50,130 nt of DNA from a virus (IMGVR_UViG_3300038701_001690:1-50130), one strand, 5' to 3'. Positions 29,829 through 39,292 are shown, numbered from the stretch's first letter. Translations and numbers: made by a program. The notes: generated from the letters alone by a model not told the origin.

Positions 29829-31274
29829 CTATATATCCTCATACCATACTATAGTAGCAGACAAATCAGCAGGAGATCCACTTGTCATCTTTCCACACAG
29901 TACCAACCTGAGAGAAGGAGGTTGCCGGATATTCAGAGCATTAAGATCTACCGTAAGTGAACTCAATCTAGCAACTGCCCAAGATCCTAAGTACCTTCCA
30001 TTTTCTGTAACTGTTCCACCGCTTACATCTTTCTGGCTTATTAAATTATTTCCGACTTCTTGAAAGTTAGTAGGCCCTGCAACAGTTGGATTGGCTCTAA
30101 GCTCGAATATTGCTCCTTTGTTTCCGTCATTGGTGAGAGTTATAGATCTTGGAGCGATCTCAACTTGGTTGTGAATGCCGTTATAAGTTCGGCTATTCTT
30201 AAGAGTTAAGATATTAGTTAGAGTTGTATCTATCGATTTTGTATTATCTTCAGCCCTAGGATTTCGGGTAGGAGATAGAACTCCAGAAACAAATCCAGCC
30301 AAGTACGGGCATTCTACTTCTACAGGGGTAGTCGCACCGATACTAGTTGCATAAACTCCTACATGTATAGAAGGATTTGCCAAATTAGGAGAGATTTTAC
30401 GATTTGACCATCTTTCTGTGTGGACTAACTGCAAATCCCCTCTCGAATCTTCTATGTAGAAATACATGTCACCATAGCCGTTATGGTAGGTTATCTCATA
30501 AGTATTGCCTTTGGATGGATCAAGTTCTGAAAAAATATAACCATTCCAATCAGATTGAGGTATATGGTCACTTGTCTTAGTGACTCCTGCTGTTACTTGC
30601 GAGAAAGAAGCTATTGCAGATCCAGTAGAAGAGAAAGAGTAAGTCCCTGACTTAGCACCATCAGAAGTAAAATCAATTCTAACTATGTCATCAATTTGTT
30701 CGACTTCGAAACCTGCGCCATTTGTAAGCAAGTATTGCTCTATTTCATAAGCGTTATCTTGAACAGTTCCAGAAGTTATAGGGACAGAATATAATACTCC
30801 GTTAATTGTAATAGAAGCAGTTTCAGAACCACCAGCAGGAGTAGTTATTTGGAGATCTCTAACTTCAGCTCTTCCATTATACCTGTGCCATATCCCGAAC
30901 TCTAGCCCGTTATATCCAAAAGATAATTCATCTCCTAAATTTATAGCTCCACAGCCACTCCACGAGTTAGCTTGCGGAGTCAAGAACCTAGCACACATCC
31001 TTACATGAGCGCCTTGTCCAGTCTTATAGTTAAGTGATCGAAAAGAACGTATAGTTCCATAATGTCCCAAAGCATCTCCTGAAGTAACTTTGAATATATT
31101 ATCTTCAGCAATGGCCGTTCCATTCCCTGCTAGAAAAGTTCTGAAGTTAGAAGGAATGAAGTTATATATTGCGCTTCCAGTAACTTGAGGAACTAGCTGA
31201 GATGCAACTATCTCACCATATGCAGAACTGTTTATATTGCTTACATTGACTGAACTACTATCTCTTTGTATCAT
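29829..31274 (-). CDS. Putative distal tail fibre / receptor-binding protein
   Basis: 481 aa, beta-rich. Last gene of the fibre operon. Function assigned from position only. Confidence 0.4.
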   Translation of the reverse strand: MIQRDSSSVNVSNINSSAYGEIVASQLVPQVTGSAIYNFIPSNFRTFLAGNGTAIAEDNIFKVTSGDALGHYGTIRSFRSLNYKTGQGAHVRMCARFLTPQANSWSGCGAINLGDELSFGYNGLEFGIWHRYNGRAEVRDLQITTPAGGSETASITINGVLYSVPITSGTVQDNAYEIEQYLLTNGAGFEVEQIDDIVRIDFTSDGAKSGTYSFSSTGSAIASFSQVTAGVTKTSDHIPQSDWNGYIFSELDPSKGNTYEITYHNGYGDMYFYIEDSRGDLQLVHTERWSNRKISPNLANPSIHVGVYATSIGATTPVEVECPYLAGFVSGVLSPTRNPRAEDNTKSIDTTLTNILTLKNSRTYNGIHNQVEIAPRSITLTNDGNKGAIFELRANPTVAGPTNFQEVGNNLISQKDVSGGTVTENGRYLGSWAVARLSSLTVDLNALNIRQPPSLRLVLCGKMTSGSPADLSATIVWYEDI

Positions 31275-31330
31275 TTTTTTGCCACTTTTTTTATTATGGT
31301 TTACCCTTAGGATCAGTTTACTTAAAAATA

Positions 31331-31606
31331 TTAGTCTCCAAAAAGTATTGAAGATAAAACTGATTTTAGTTGAGATATTGTAGTTACACTATTAAATGCA
31401 TCTCTACTTTCTTGAGAAATCTTGTCACCGCTTATGATCCTTTCAGGATGTACAGAATCTAATATTTCGGAAATATTTAATTCAGATCCCGTTGCCGACT
31501 CAGATTTTATATATGATTGACCTGAAGAAAGACCGCTTAGTTCAACCTTCTCGTCTATAAAATTCAATATAGATCCATCATCTTTATTATAAATAATAGT
31601 CTTCAT
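31331..31606 (-). CDS. Hypothetical protein (91 aa) in the fibre module
   Basis: ORF track. ATGA overlap. Confidence 0.45.
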   Translation of the reverse strand: MKTIIYNKDDGSILNFIDEKVELSGLSSGQSYIKSESATGSELNISEILDSVHPERIISGDKISQESRDAFNSVTTISQLKSVLSSILFGD

Positions 31607-32307
31607 GAGAATATTTGCCCTCCACTTACTGTTAGCTCATTCGCAGTTGATCCAGCTGGCTGAGTTCCAACTCTATATATTGTCGCAGCAGATGATATTA
31701 ACCCGTAAACAGGGGAGGTAGTAAAATCATCATTATTAAAAGAATAAGTACTTGAATTGCTTGATGAGAATATACCGTAATAAATATTTGTTATCCCACA
31801 ATTTCTTACTTCCCAAGATAATACTTTGGATACATGATAAGCCGATCCAGTTGATGATGTCTTTCCGTTTCCTTGAACATGATTATACTGAAAAGTTAAG
31901 TTAATACAGTCATTCCCTTGAAACGCTCTCTGTCCATCAGCAACATTAACTCTTATATAGTAAGCTCTGAAAGTACAAGAGTTATTCCTAAACCTAAATC
32001 CATAAGTTGAAGCGGTAACTACATCAACAACCACAGACTTAGAATTACTTAGAGTATTGTCAGATGAATTCCCATAGACATAAGCTGAGCCTCCACCATA
32101 GAAACCCTCAAATATAATAGTGCCTGTACTAGTATATGTCCCATCTGCAAATTGAAATGTTACTTCAACCCCAACAGGAAGATACTTTGGAATTGCATCA
32201 ATAAGAGCTTGTATTTCGGCAGTTGTCATTGAGTTATCAAAGTTGACAGTTTGAGTTGTCGCTTCACTAGCTCCTGATGATGGAGTATTTACCATAGGGC
32301 CAATCAT
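31603..32307 (-). CDS. Putative beta-helix tail fibre/spike protein
   Basis: Repetitive N/G/S-rich rungs (FRFRNNSCTF, QGNDCINLTFQYNHVQGNG, VRNCGITNIYYG) suggest a right-handed beta-helix. Confidence 0.4.
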   Translation of the reverse strand: MIGPMVNTPSSGASEATTQTVNFDNSMTTAEIQALIDAIPKYLPVGVEVTFQFADGTYTSTGTIIFEGFYGGGSAYVYGNSSDNTLSNSKSVVVDVVTASTYGFRFRNNSCTFRAYYIRVNVADGQRAFQGNDCINLTFQYNHVQGNGKTSSTGSAYHVSKVLSWEVRNCGITNIYYGIFSSSNSSTYSFNNDDFTTSPVYGLISSAATIYRVGTQPAGSTANELTVSGGQIFS

Positions 32308-32594
32308 TTTGTGACCTCGACAGTGATACTTGCAGAAGTCCCACCAGAAATAACAGCTCTTATAACAGTGTTATCAAATACTCTCCACCAAACTCGTGCA
32401 ATAGATTCTGTAAATGAACCACCTTCAGCAGAAACCCAAAGTCCAGAAGTTGGAGATTTAATTTCAATCTGAACTGTAGCGCCTCCCATAGTTCCACTTA
32501 CTATTATGTATTTGTCACCACCGGCTGATAATGTAACCTCATCACTTGTAGTATTGGTGGTTTCAGCATTGAATAAAACATTAACTTCTGACAT
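32304..32594 (-). CDS. Small beta-rich structural protein
   Basis: ORF track. ATGA overlap. Confidence 0.45.
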   Translation of the reverse strand: MSEVNVLFNAETTNTTSDEVTLSAGGDKYIIVSGTMGGATVQIEIKSPTSGLWVSAEGGSFTESIARVWWRVFDNTVIRAVISGGTSASITVEVTK

Positions 32595-32612
32595 TTTTAA
32601 TTCTCCTTTAAA

Positions 32613-33032
32613 TTAATCTTCTGACTCCCAATCATTATGACTTGCAAGTTCAAGAGCTTCAAACCATGCTTTAGCTCTCCATTTATACATTCCATCTTCA
32701 ATGCATAATCTATAAATTTCTTCGTTGCTTTGATGCATGACCGCTAAAGAATTTGGCCCTTTGAAAACTCCTTGATCTGAAATATAAAATATTCCATCGT
32801 GCAAACCACTTCCACGTCTTGATGATTTCGTGTCGATTGTAGGCCCTGACGCACCAAAAGTAAAATTTTCTTTAATGGTGACAAATCCAGTCTTGGTTAT
32901 TTTAATGAGGTCATCTTCATATTCATAACCATAAATAGATGTTTTCTCTGTGTGAGGAATAAGCAGTTTAAATTCCTGCCTTATAAATCTCCACCAAGGG
33001 CTAATCTTTTTATATTTTTTATGGAAGTTCAT
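32613..33032 (-). CDS. DUF1353-like protein
   Basis: ATG at 33032; the track start at 33041 is GTG. FTFGASGP...GLHDGIFY...EIYRLCIEDGM pattern recalled from the DUF1353 family. Confidence 0.45.
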   Translation of the reverse strand: MNFHKKYKKISPWWRFIRQEFKLLIPHTEKTSIYGYEYEDDLIKITKTGFVTIKENFTFGASGPTIDTKSSRRGSGLHDGIFYISDQGVFKGPNSLAVMHQSNEEIYRLCIEDGMYKWRAKAWFEALELASHNDWESED

Positions 33033-33033
33033 C

Positions 33034-33213
33034 TCATTCACCTACTAAATATTTATAACCTTGAACACACCACTTCCAAAAAGGAGGAAGAGCGGTGATA
33101 GACAATCCTCTCTCTGAAATTTCACCAGTATATTCAATATGCGTTGCTGGACTTTTTATAGTCGTAACACATGATGAAAGTAAAATACACAAAATTAAGA
33201 TTGCCTTCTTCAT
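33034..33213 (-). CDS. Small lipoprotein (59 aa, below ORF-track cutoff)
   Basis: Hand translation: MKKAILILCILLSSCVTTIK..., with lipobox LLSSC. The start lies 1 nt after the upstream TAA. Confidence 0.5.
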   Translation of the reverse strand: MKKAILILCILLSSCVTTIKSPATHIEYTGEISERGLSITALPPFWKWCVQGYKYLVGE

Positions 33214-33214
33214 T

Positions 33215-33931
33215 TTACTGCGTAGCTAAGAAAGTTTTTCTTTCAGTACGAATGTCAACAAATCCCCAAGAAGCTTCGCCAAGATTGCTAAAATCTAAAC
33301 TGGCTTGATTACCAGCTATGATGTGGTTTTTACGTGCAAAATATGTTCCATCTTCACTCGCTGGATCATCTGGATAACCCCACAAAGTAGACTCTATAAA
33401 ATCAGCGTTTTCTTTAGCTTTAGGGAGATCTGTAACTGTAGCACCTCCTGATTCCCAAAGAGCTTCAGATTTGTCTAATTCAGCTTTTGTATTATCATCA
33501 ACCTGACTTAACTGATAACGTACAGCATTTGCATAAAGGTTATCAATATCTTTAAGTTGTTGAGCTTCCTTTTCAGAAGCTTCTCTTGCATCCAGTTCAG
33601 CCGTGTTTGGCTTTCTAACAGCATCGCCTTCAATTATCCACCATGAAGCAGAACCGGAAGAACCAAAGTCAGAGTCTTTTACTGATATAATTCCGAAAGT
33701 TTCATAGTAATCTCTTAAGTCATAGTATCCGGCCAATCTAGTTTCAAGCCTTACTCTTTCAGCGATCAAACCAAGTTGATCTTCACTCCCATCTTCAGCA
33801 CTATCAATTTTTTCATTGATTGAAGCAACACGGCCTTCAAGAGTAAGAATTATCTTGTTATTCTCTTCTATGTGACCTATGGAAGTTAGTTTCACTTTCC
33901 CGTCTTCTAGCTTTACATATCTGTCTTTCAT
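33215..33931 (-). CDS. Fibre-module protein, function unknown (assembly/chaperone?)
   Basis: 238 aa, acidic, with a coiled-coil middle. Position follows a large fibre gene. Confidence 0.35.
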   Translation of the reverse strand: MKDRYVKLEDGKVKLTSIGHIEENNKIILTLEGRVASINEKIDSAEDGSEDQLGLIAERVRLETRLAGYYDLRDYYETFGIISVKDSDFGSSGSASWWIIEGDAVRKPNTAELDAREASEKEAQQLKDIDNLYANAVRYQLSQVDDNTKAELDKSEALWESGGATVTDLPKAKENADFIESTLWGYPDDPASEDGTYFARKNHIIAGNQASLDFSNLGEASWGFVDIRTERKTFLATQ

Positions 33932-33935
33932 TTTA

Positions 33936-35441
33936 TTACCTCAATCTTGATAAAATTATTTTTCCAGTCAATACGTCTGTCGTTATGGCGTGAACTTCTA
34001 AACTTGTGATTTCATCTGCGGTATTTGTCCACCAACCAGCGTCAAATCTAACCGTATCGTCAGGGTTGTTTGTTCGGCAATACCATTCTTGTAAGCTTGG
34101 CCTTTCCTCACCTGACTTAGTATAGATATGATGAATAAATTTGCTCGGTTCTGAAGGACTGACAATACCTATATTATAGAACGGCTGTGAGGTAACAGAG
34201 GACGAGTCTACAGTACTTGACCTAGAACGTAAATACTGATAGTCATAATTATTTCCAGTGTCCCCATTAATGTCACCTCTTAGCCCAACAGTGGTAGCGC
34301 CAGAAGACTCTAATAATATCTCAAGGCGGTACATTGTAACGTCATCACCTTTCAAACCGCTAAAAGTATGACCTCCTGAAAAGTCCCCGCTCACGTCTAC
34401 CTCTTCCACAACTTCCCAAGGTAAATCACCGGAAGGAATAGAAGTCGGGCGCTTGCGGTAAAGCTTCGCAACCCCGTCAGTACTGGCTGAAGGTGTGCAA
34501 TCGATAGATGTTATATTATCAGCGGTATTTGACCACCAGCACGCACTTCGCTGTTGCTCGTAACCTGAGCCCCCTATTTCTGAGTTACCCCATGTTATGA
34601 GCCTTTCAACTCCCGATACATTCTTTATCTTAAAATCAGCGTTTTGCAAAAGGAGGCCGAAAGTTATTCTTTGAGCTTCTACCTCTGTCAGAGTTTCGTT
34701 TATGCCTAAATCCGTACCGCCATTATTAAGCAAGTCTTGATGTTTATAGTTTGAGCCTGAGTCGTTATTTAATCTAAAAGTAAAAGTTCTGTAACCCTCC
34801 CACACTACGCGGTATTCTATATCCCTGTCACCGTCAAGCCCAGTGAAGCTCTTTTGAGAGCTTTCAGAGCTCCAAGTCAAAGTGTCTACGAGCTCCCATT
34901 CACTTGTAGAGTGTTCTTTAAGAGTCGCAAAAACTATAATTCTTAATGTTGATATTGTAGACGATGCTGAAGCAGTGAAACGCAAGCTTGTAATTTCATC
35001 AACAGTATTATCCCAGTAACCATCGTTTACATACACTCTAGAATCCGCACCATATTGCGAGGTGAATTTTCTTTCATCTCCTGTCATTCCGGTTATCTTT
35101 AAACGTATAAAGCTTGGGGTTGTTCCTGTTCTGAAAAATTCATGGCCTAAAGGAGTGTCATCGGTTGCGTCTACAAAACCAGAAGGGGAAGAGCTTTGAC
35201 CTCTCATATACGCTTGATGATAATTAGTCGCCCCTGTATCTGAGTTAGGCAGTATTTTTAAGTCAGCGTTAGATGTCGGATCAATCCCTATAACTGAAAC
35301 ATGATAATCATACTTGTCGCTCGGGAAAAGTGAGGTACTAACATCAATAGGGGTTGTGTTTATATTTGCGGAGGTATGCTCCGTATCGTATATTTTCTGC
35401 GCTTTGCTTATATCTCGCAGACCTGCCGGAGCGTAGCCCAT
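33936..35441 (-). CDS. Tail fibre-module protein built of three tandem ~160-aa repeats
   Basis: ATG at 35441 has a GGAGG SD. Repeats end in YWDNTVDEITSL, WWSNTADNITSI and WWTNTADEITSL. Confidence 0.5.
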   Translation of the reverse strand: MGYAPAGLRDISKAQKIYDTEHTSANINTTPIDVSTSLFPSDKYDYHVSVIGIDPTSNADLKILPNSDTGATNYHQAYMRGQSSSPSGFVDATDDTPLGHEFFRTGTTPSFIRLKITGMTGDERKFTSQYGADSRVYVNDGYWDNTVDEITSLRFTASASSTISTLRIIVFATLKEHSTSEWELVDTLTWSSESSQKSFTGLDGDRDIEYRVVWEGYRTFTFRLNNDSGSNYKHQDLLNNGGTDLGINETLTEVEAQRITFGLLLQNADFKIKNVSGVERLITWGNSEIGGSGYEQQRSACWWSNTADNITSIDCTPSASTDGVAKLYRKRPTSIPSGDLPWEVVEEVDVSGDFSGGHTFSGLKGDDVTMYRLEILLESSGATTVGLRGDINGDTGNNYDYQYLRSRSSTVDSSSVTSQPFYNIGIVSPSEPSKFIHHIYTKSGEERPSLQEWYCRTNNPDDTVRFDAGWWTNTADEITSLEVHAITTDVLTGKIILSRLR

Positions 35442-35442
35442 T

Positions 35443-36225
35443 TTACCCAAGCCTCCACTCATTAGCAGTAGAGGTAAATTGCATTCTTACAGTTTCCGCA
35501 GGAGAAAGGTTTAATGTGTCTATACCTAAAGAAGTATCTCCGATTGTGTCAGAAGCGTTTGCAAAGTCAATTGTTAAAATTCCAGTTCCACGATGCTCGA
35601 TAAATACGTAAGACTCGCCAGCAGTTAAAGACGCACTTGTTAAATTGGTGAAAGTGTCACCGCCAGAACCTGTGTAAACAACTGTAATATCATTATCAAC
35701 GCCATAATCTGTAATTAAAAGTGAGTAGTCACCTGATTGAGTATTTTCATTAATACCGAAACCGCCACCGCCAGCACCACCGCCACCAGTAAAGTCAGCA
35801 AGTTCAAAAGCGTCTTCTCCTGAGTCGTAGTAAAGGGCATAAATTTTATCAGCAGTTATATCATCGGCTTCGAGATTGTCAGCGAATTGATTCTTTTTAA
35901 TCGTCTTTGCCGTAAGTCCTGAAACGGTGGCCGTAGAAGATCCGGTATTTGTATTACCCGCAATGAAGTAATAAATCTGTCCGTTTACATAAGCGCTTGG
36001 CTTGTCGTTTGATCCAATAGCGTTAAGCGTGTAGGCATCGGCAATACCTGAGTCGGTATATGTTGATCCGTTATGAACGTAACGGGATACGGCCTGTTTT
36101 AATTGCACGGAATTTGCAACAAGCGTCAAACCAGCTGAGGTTTCAAAATTTTGAATCTCGTTCTTCATCTGGTTGTACTCATCAGGGCCATAACTCGAAC
36201 CCTCGATTTTGTCATTTATATTCAT
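35443..36225 (-). CDS. Tail fibre protein with poly-Gly hinge
   Basis: 260 aa with GGGGAGGGGFG. Follows the baseplate genes. Confidence 0.5.
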   Translation of the reverse strand: MNINDKIEGSSYGPDEYNQMKNEIQNFETSAGLTLVANSVQLKQAVSRYVHNGSTYTDSGIADAYTLNAIGSNDKPSAYVNGQIYYFIAGNTNTGSSTATVSGLTAKTIKKNQFADNLEADDITADKIYALYYDSGEDAFELADFTGGGGAGGGGFGINENTQSGDYSLLITDYGVDNDITVVYTGSGGDTFTNLTSASLTAGESYVFIEHRGTGILTIDFANASDTIGDTSLGIDTLNLSPAETVRMQFTSTANEWRLG

Positions 36226-36276
36226 ATTGCAACCTCTTGTAATTCGATGCTTTTAATTTTAAAATTACGCTTCATT

Positions 36277-36891
36277 TTAAAAAATCTCATTATAAATTAT
36301 TCGGCAATTGGCCGGTTTAAGTATCTCGAAAAAACACTTTAAAAGTGTCACTCTTGGATCTCCGAAAATAAACGTGAAAGTGAAAGTGAATGTTGATGGC
36401 AATCCATCTAAGATATTAACGACAATTGTATATCTTGCGTCAATCACATCAGAATAAAAAGTAAATGGAAAAGTCATAGTAAATTTTGTTAGCAAAGACG
36501 TTCCCGCTTCGACATCTACTTCAACGCCTAAAAGAAGCGCAATTGCTTCAAATTGCTCTTCAGTGCTTGTTCCATTTGATGCGATCATTACGAGAATGTT
36601 TTTTATCCTCTGTTCAAGGTCGCTTTTATCCTGCTCACCAAAGCACGATTTATCTATTCCATATTCAACTTCCCAGTCATTTATTAAATCTTGTGTCCTT
36701 AATAAACTTAATTCGTCATCCGTATAATTCAGATTATTTTCAAGGCGCATGTATTCCAAGCCGTAACCGATCAGTAAATTTCTCATTACTGTATCTTCAG
36801 TAAATTTATCAATCCAAGCTTTTCCCTGTGGCATTTTACGTGCTAAAGCGTCAGCTTGTTCGGTCTGGTTATGGATTTGGAATTGTGGCAT
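36277..36891 (-). CDS. Baseplate/tail protein, Mu gp48 (DUF2313) analogue
   Basis: MPQGKAW...LINDWEVEYGI motifs. TAATG overlap with the J-like gene. Confidence 0.65.
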   Translation of the reverse strand: MPQFQIHNQTEQADALARKMPQGKAWIDKFTEDTVMRNLLIGYGLEYMRLENNLNYTDDELSLLRTQDLINDWEVEYGIDKSCFGEQDKSDLEQRIKNILVMIASNGTSTEEQFEAIALLLGVEVDVEAGTSLLTKFTMTFPFTFYSDVIDARYTIVVNILDGLPSTFTFTFTFIFGDPRVTLLKCFFEILKPANCRIIYNEIF

Positions 36892-38438
36892 TATGGGAAA
36901 CTCACTGTGCCAAGGGTTAATATTTCGTCATACTCTGCCGTCAGATCTCCTGAAGGCGCTGAAATCGTAAATGAAGTTACGCCAATGTTATTGGAAGCAT
37001 CAAAAGAATTCTGAATTGCAGTTTGGTAAGCAATCTCTGTTAATGTTTCGCCAAGGCTTAAACCTAAGAATAATTCGGCAAGGTTTGCATTTACGCTGTC
37101 TCTTATGCCTTGAGTATTTGGTTCAAGTGCTGTGAAAGTAAAATCATTAGAAACAGGAGTAGGAGCAAAAACAAATACATTTGCATCGTCAGTATTAGCC
37201 GGTTTAATTTCAAGAATCTTATCTCTTACTTCTTCTATCTCTGCCGTGGATGGAATAATATTATCGTCATTGTCTCTTAAGAAATAAATGGCAACCTGTC
37301 CAAGCTGTACCTGTGGATAATCACAAGTGATAGTGCCTGTCGCAGTTCCTGTTATTCCTGTGCCATAGTAAGCAATTTCATCATCGGCAATTACAAGTAT
37401 TCTGAAATCACCATTAAAGGCTGATTCATTAGCGCCGGATATTCTCACCTTAGTTCCACCAGATAAAAGATCGTGATCACTGGGAAAAGTAGCTTCGGCA
37501 ATTCCAGAGGCAGGCGAAGTAATAGTTACAGTTTCACTTCTGGTTAAATCGTTCGATTCAAAAACAAATACTCTTGTAACGCCTTCAATAGTTCTGGCTT
37601 GAGTTTCGATTTCAACGGCATTGAAAGGAGTGTTTGGGTTTTGCTTTTTCTGTAGAGTTCTTTCTCTTAACTCTTCGCTTGTCTCTGCATCTTCAGCGCC
37701 ATCTATACCGACTGAATCAGTAAAGGCCGTACTGTCAACGCCGACAATTGTATTTGATAAGCTAAGAGTCGAACCGGCTTGAATGTTTGCGTCAGTTCCT
37801 GTTTCAACAGAAGTGACTGAGCTTGTCGCCATATCAATAGAAGCTGTAATTGTTCCTGTTGCCGGAGAAGTTGGAGAACCTGAAACTGTGTATTCAAAAA
37901 CGGTTGAGCTTATAACAGTAATATCAAAATCACCGTTATAGTCAGTTTCTACAGCACCGGCAATTGTCACAGTCATTCCAGAGCCTAACCCATGACCGGC
38001 TGAAATTGTAACAGTGGCAACACCACCAGAAGAGGTAAGGGTATCAACCGAAAGAGAAACGGTTGAGATTGTGACAGCCGTTGAAGTTTCAAAAGTAATC
38101 CCCTGAGCAGTCAATTCAGTACTAGCCGGAATAGTTGAACCGACAACGCCAGTAAATAAAGCATTACCAGTTGATTGTGTGGCTGGCTTTGGAATTATGC
38201 CTTCAATCAAAGCTCTCTCTAAAAGCGCCTGCCCTTGTGCGGTAGTTACAAATGAATCTCTTGAAATCAATCTTAACTGATCATAGATTTCTTTCATCCT
38301 GTTTGTATTAGCCGTTGCTATGACATTTAGAATGGAAGTTATTATGTAAGGATCGGAATTAGGAAGTAATTGCTTTATATCCGCTCTAATCCGGCTCAGT
38401 ATTTCAGAAGATGAAGGATAATTTAGATTAATTGACAT
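36891..38438 (-). CDS. Baseplate J-like protein (Mu gp47 analogue) with two inserted repeat modules
   Basis: N-terminal Baseplate_J-like region. Gene order is gp46-J-gp48. Inserted modules at 37839-38042 and 37323-37535. Confidence 0.75.
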   Translation of the reverse strand: MSINLNYPSSSEILSRIRADIKQLLPNSDPYIITSILNVIATANTNRMKEIYDQLRLISRDSFVTTAQGQALLERALIEGIIPKPATQSTGNALFTGVVGSTIPASTELTAQGITFETSTAVTISTVSLSVDTLTSSGGVATVTISAGHGLGSGMTVTIAGAVETDYNGDFDITVISSTVFEYTVSGSPTSPATGTITASIDMATSSVTSVETGTDANIQAGSTLSLSNTIVGVDSTAFTDSVGIDGAEDAETSEELRERTLQKKQNPNTPFNAVEIETQARTIEGVTRVFVFESNDLTRSETVTITSPASGIAEATFPSDHDLLSGGTKVRISGANESAFNGDFRILVIADDEIAYYGTGITGTATGTITCDYPQVQLGQVAIYFLRDNDDNIIPSTAEIEEVRDKILEIKPANTDDANVFVFAPTPVSNDFTFTALEPNTQGIRDSVNANLAELFLGLSLGETLTEIAYQTAIQNSFDASNNIGVTSFTISAPSGDLTAEYDEILTLGTVSFP

Positions 38439-38886
38439 TTGTTTTTTCCCAAACGTTAAAAGTGAAGGACTTTATTAAATTATTTTGAACGTAAAAATCA
38501 GAAGTTATTTCCAGCTCACTTGGTAAAATTCTCCTTCCTGAAACCTCGACTCTTTCACAATATCCAACTTGGACAAACCAGTCTAAAGCTTCCTGAACAA
38601 TCTGAACAGCTTTGTTTCTATTCTCAATTGTGTTTCTGGATTGTTCCAAAAGCCACAGCTTAGATCCGATCAAGTAATCGTTAAGGTTTAAAAATTCGTC
38701 ACCTTCCCAGCCACGTCTTTTTTCAGGCTGTTGCATTTCTGACTCATTGGCTCTTCTGTCTGAGAATAAACTGACATTAATAAACGAGTCAAAAGATTCA
38801 TCATGTTTTAAATCTCCGTTCTCATCTATCTCAAAATGATGTCTATTATCAGTCCCAAGCTTTAATGATACGTCAAAAAAGGCCAT
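38428..38886 (-). CDS. Baseplate protein, Mu gp46 family
   Basis: SLFSDRRA...RRGWEGD...GSKLWLLEQSRNT...EALDWFV matches the GP46 family pattern from memory. Confidence 0.7.
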   Translation of the reverse strand: MAFFDVSLKLGTDNRHHFEIDENGDLKHDESFDSFINVSLFSDRRANESEMQQPEKRRGWEGDEFLNLNDYLIGSKLWLLEQSRNTIENRNKAVQIVQEALDWFVQVGYCERVEVSGRRILPSELEITSDFYVQNNLIKSFTFNVWEKTNVN

Positions 38887-38903
38887 ATATTTTCTCGTTT
38901 TTA

Positions 38904-38936
38904 AAAATATAATTCAGCGTGAGCTGTATTCAAATT
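38904..38936 (-). promoter_or_regulatory. Candidate late-class promoter restarting the baseplate operon after island B
   Basis: Minus strand reads AATTTGAAT(-35 at 38928-38933), 17-18 nt, TATTTT/ATATTT. The leader would be very short. Confidence 0.3.
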
Positions 38937-38969
38937 ATGAAAAAGTTTGAAGAATTGTTTTAAATGGAC

Positions 38970-39013
38970 TTGTTTTGTATTATTTCTTAATATATAGTTA
39001 GTTATTGCAGTTC
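38970..39013 (+). promoter_or_regulatory. Early-class promoter with GCAGTTC box (head of island B)
   Basis: TTGTTT(38970-38975), 17 nt, TATAGT(38993-38998), 8 nt, GCAGTTC(39007-39013). Confidence 0.6.
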
Positions 39014-39037
39014 GATAAATAACAACGGAGAAAGAAG

Positions 39038-39292
39038 ATGGAATTCACAAAGGCAGTAAAGAGAGCAACAACTAAAACTGAAAAAATTTTTCAAACAAAA
39101 CCAAATTGTTTTCAAGGTTTGTTAAATAATAACATAATAACATTTTATAAAAACGGTCCTGAACCTAACGCTGAAGCTACATGCTTTAATGTTCGAAGAG
39201 TTGGTGATGAACATGATTCAATGACAGACTATAGCGCTGGCACTTTTCTGGATAATCTTGGCCAGTCAATTAAATGGGCTTTAAAAAACTAA
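39038..39292 (+). CDS. Hypothetical protein (84 aa)
   Basis: ORF track. GGAGAAAG SD. Confidence 0.55.
   Translation: MEFTKAVKRATTKTEKIFQTKPNCFQGLLNNNIITFYKNGPEPNAEATCFNVRRVGDEHDSMTDYSAGTFLDNLGQSIKWALKN

Noticed and set aside
33936-35462. A diversity-generating retroelement or nucleotide-level tandem duplication as the source of the triple repeat
   Set aside because: The repeats are diverged at the DNA level. There is no template/variable repeat pair with adenine-specific differences, and no reverse transcriptase anywhere in the genome.
36236-36262. The perfect 14-nt palindrome TAATTTTAAAATTA between the gp48 analogue and the fibre gene
   Set aside because: It is pure A/T sequence in an AT-rich genome. 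The predicted hairpin is very weak, and it has no partner sites or associated signals.
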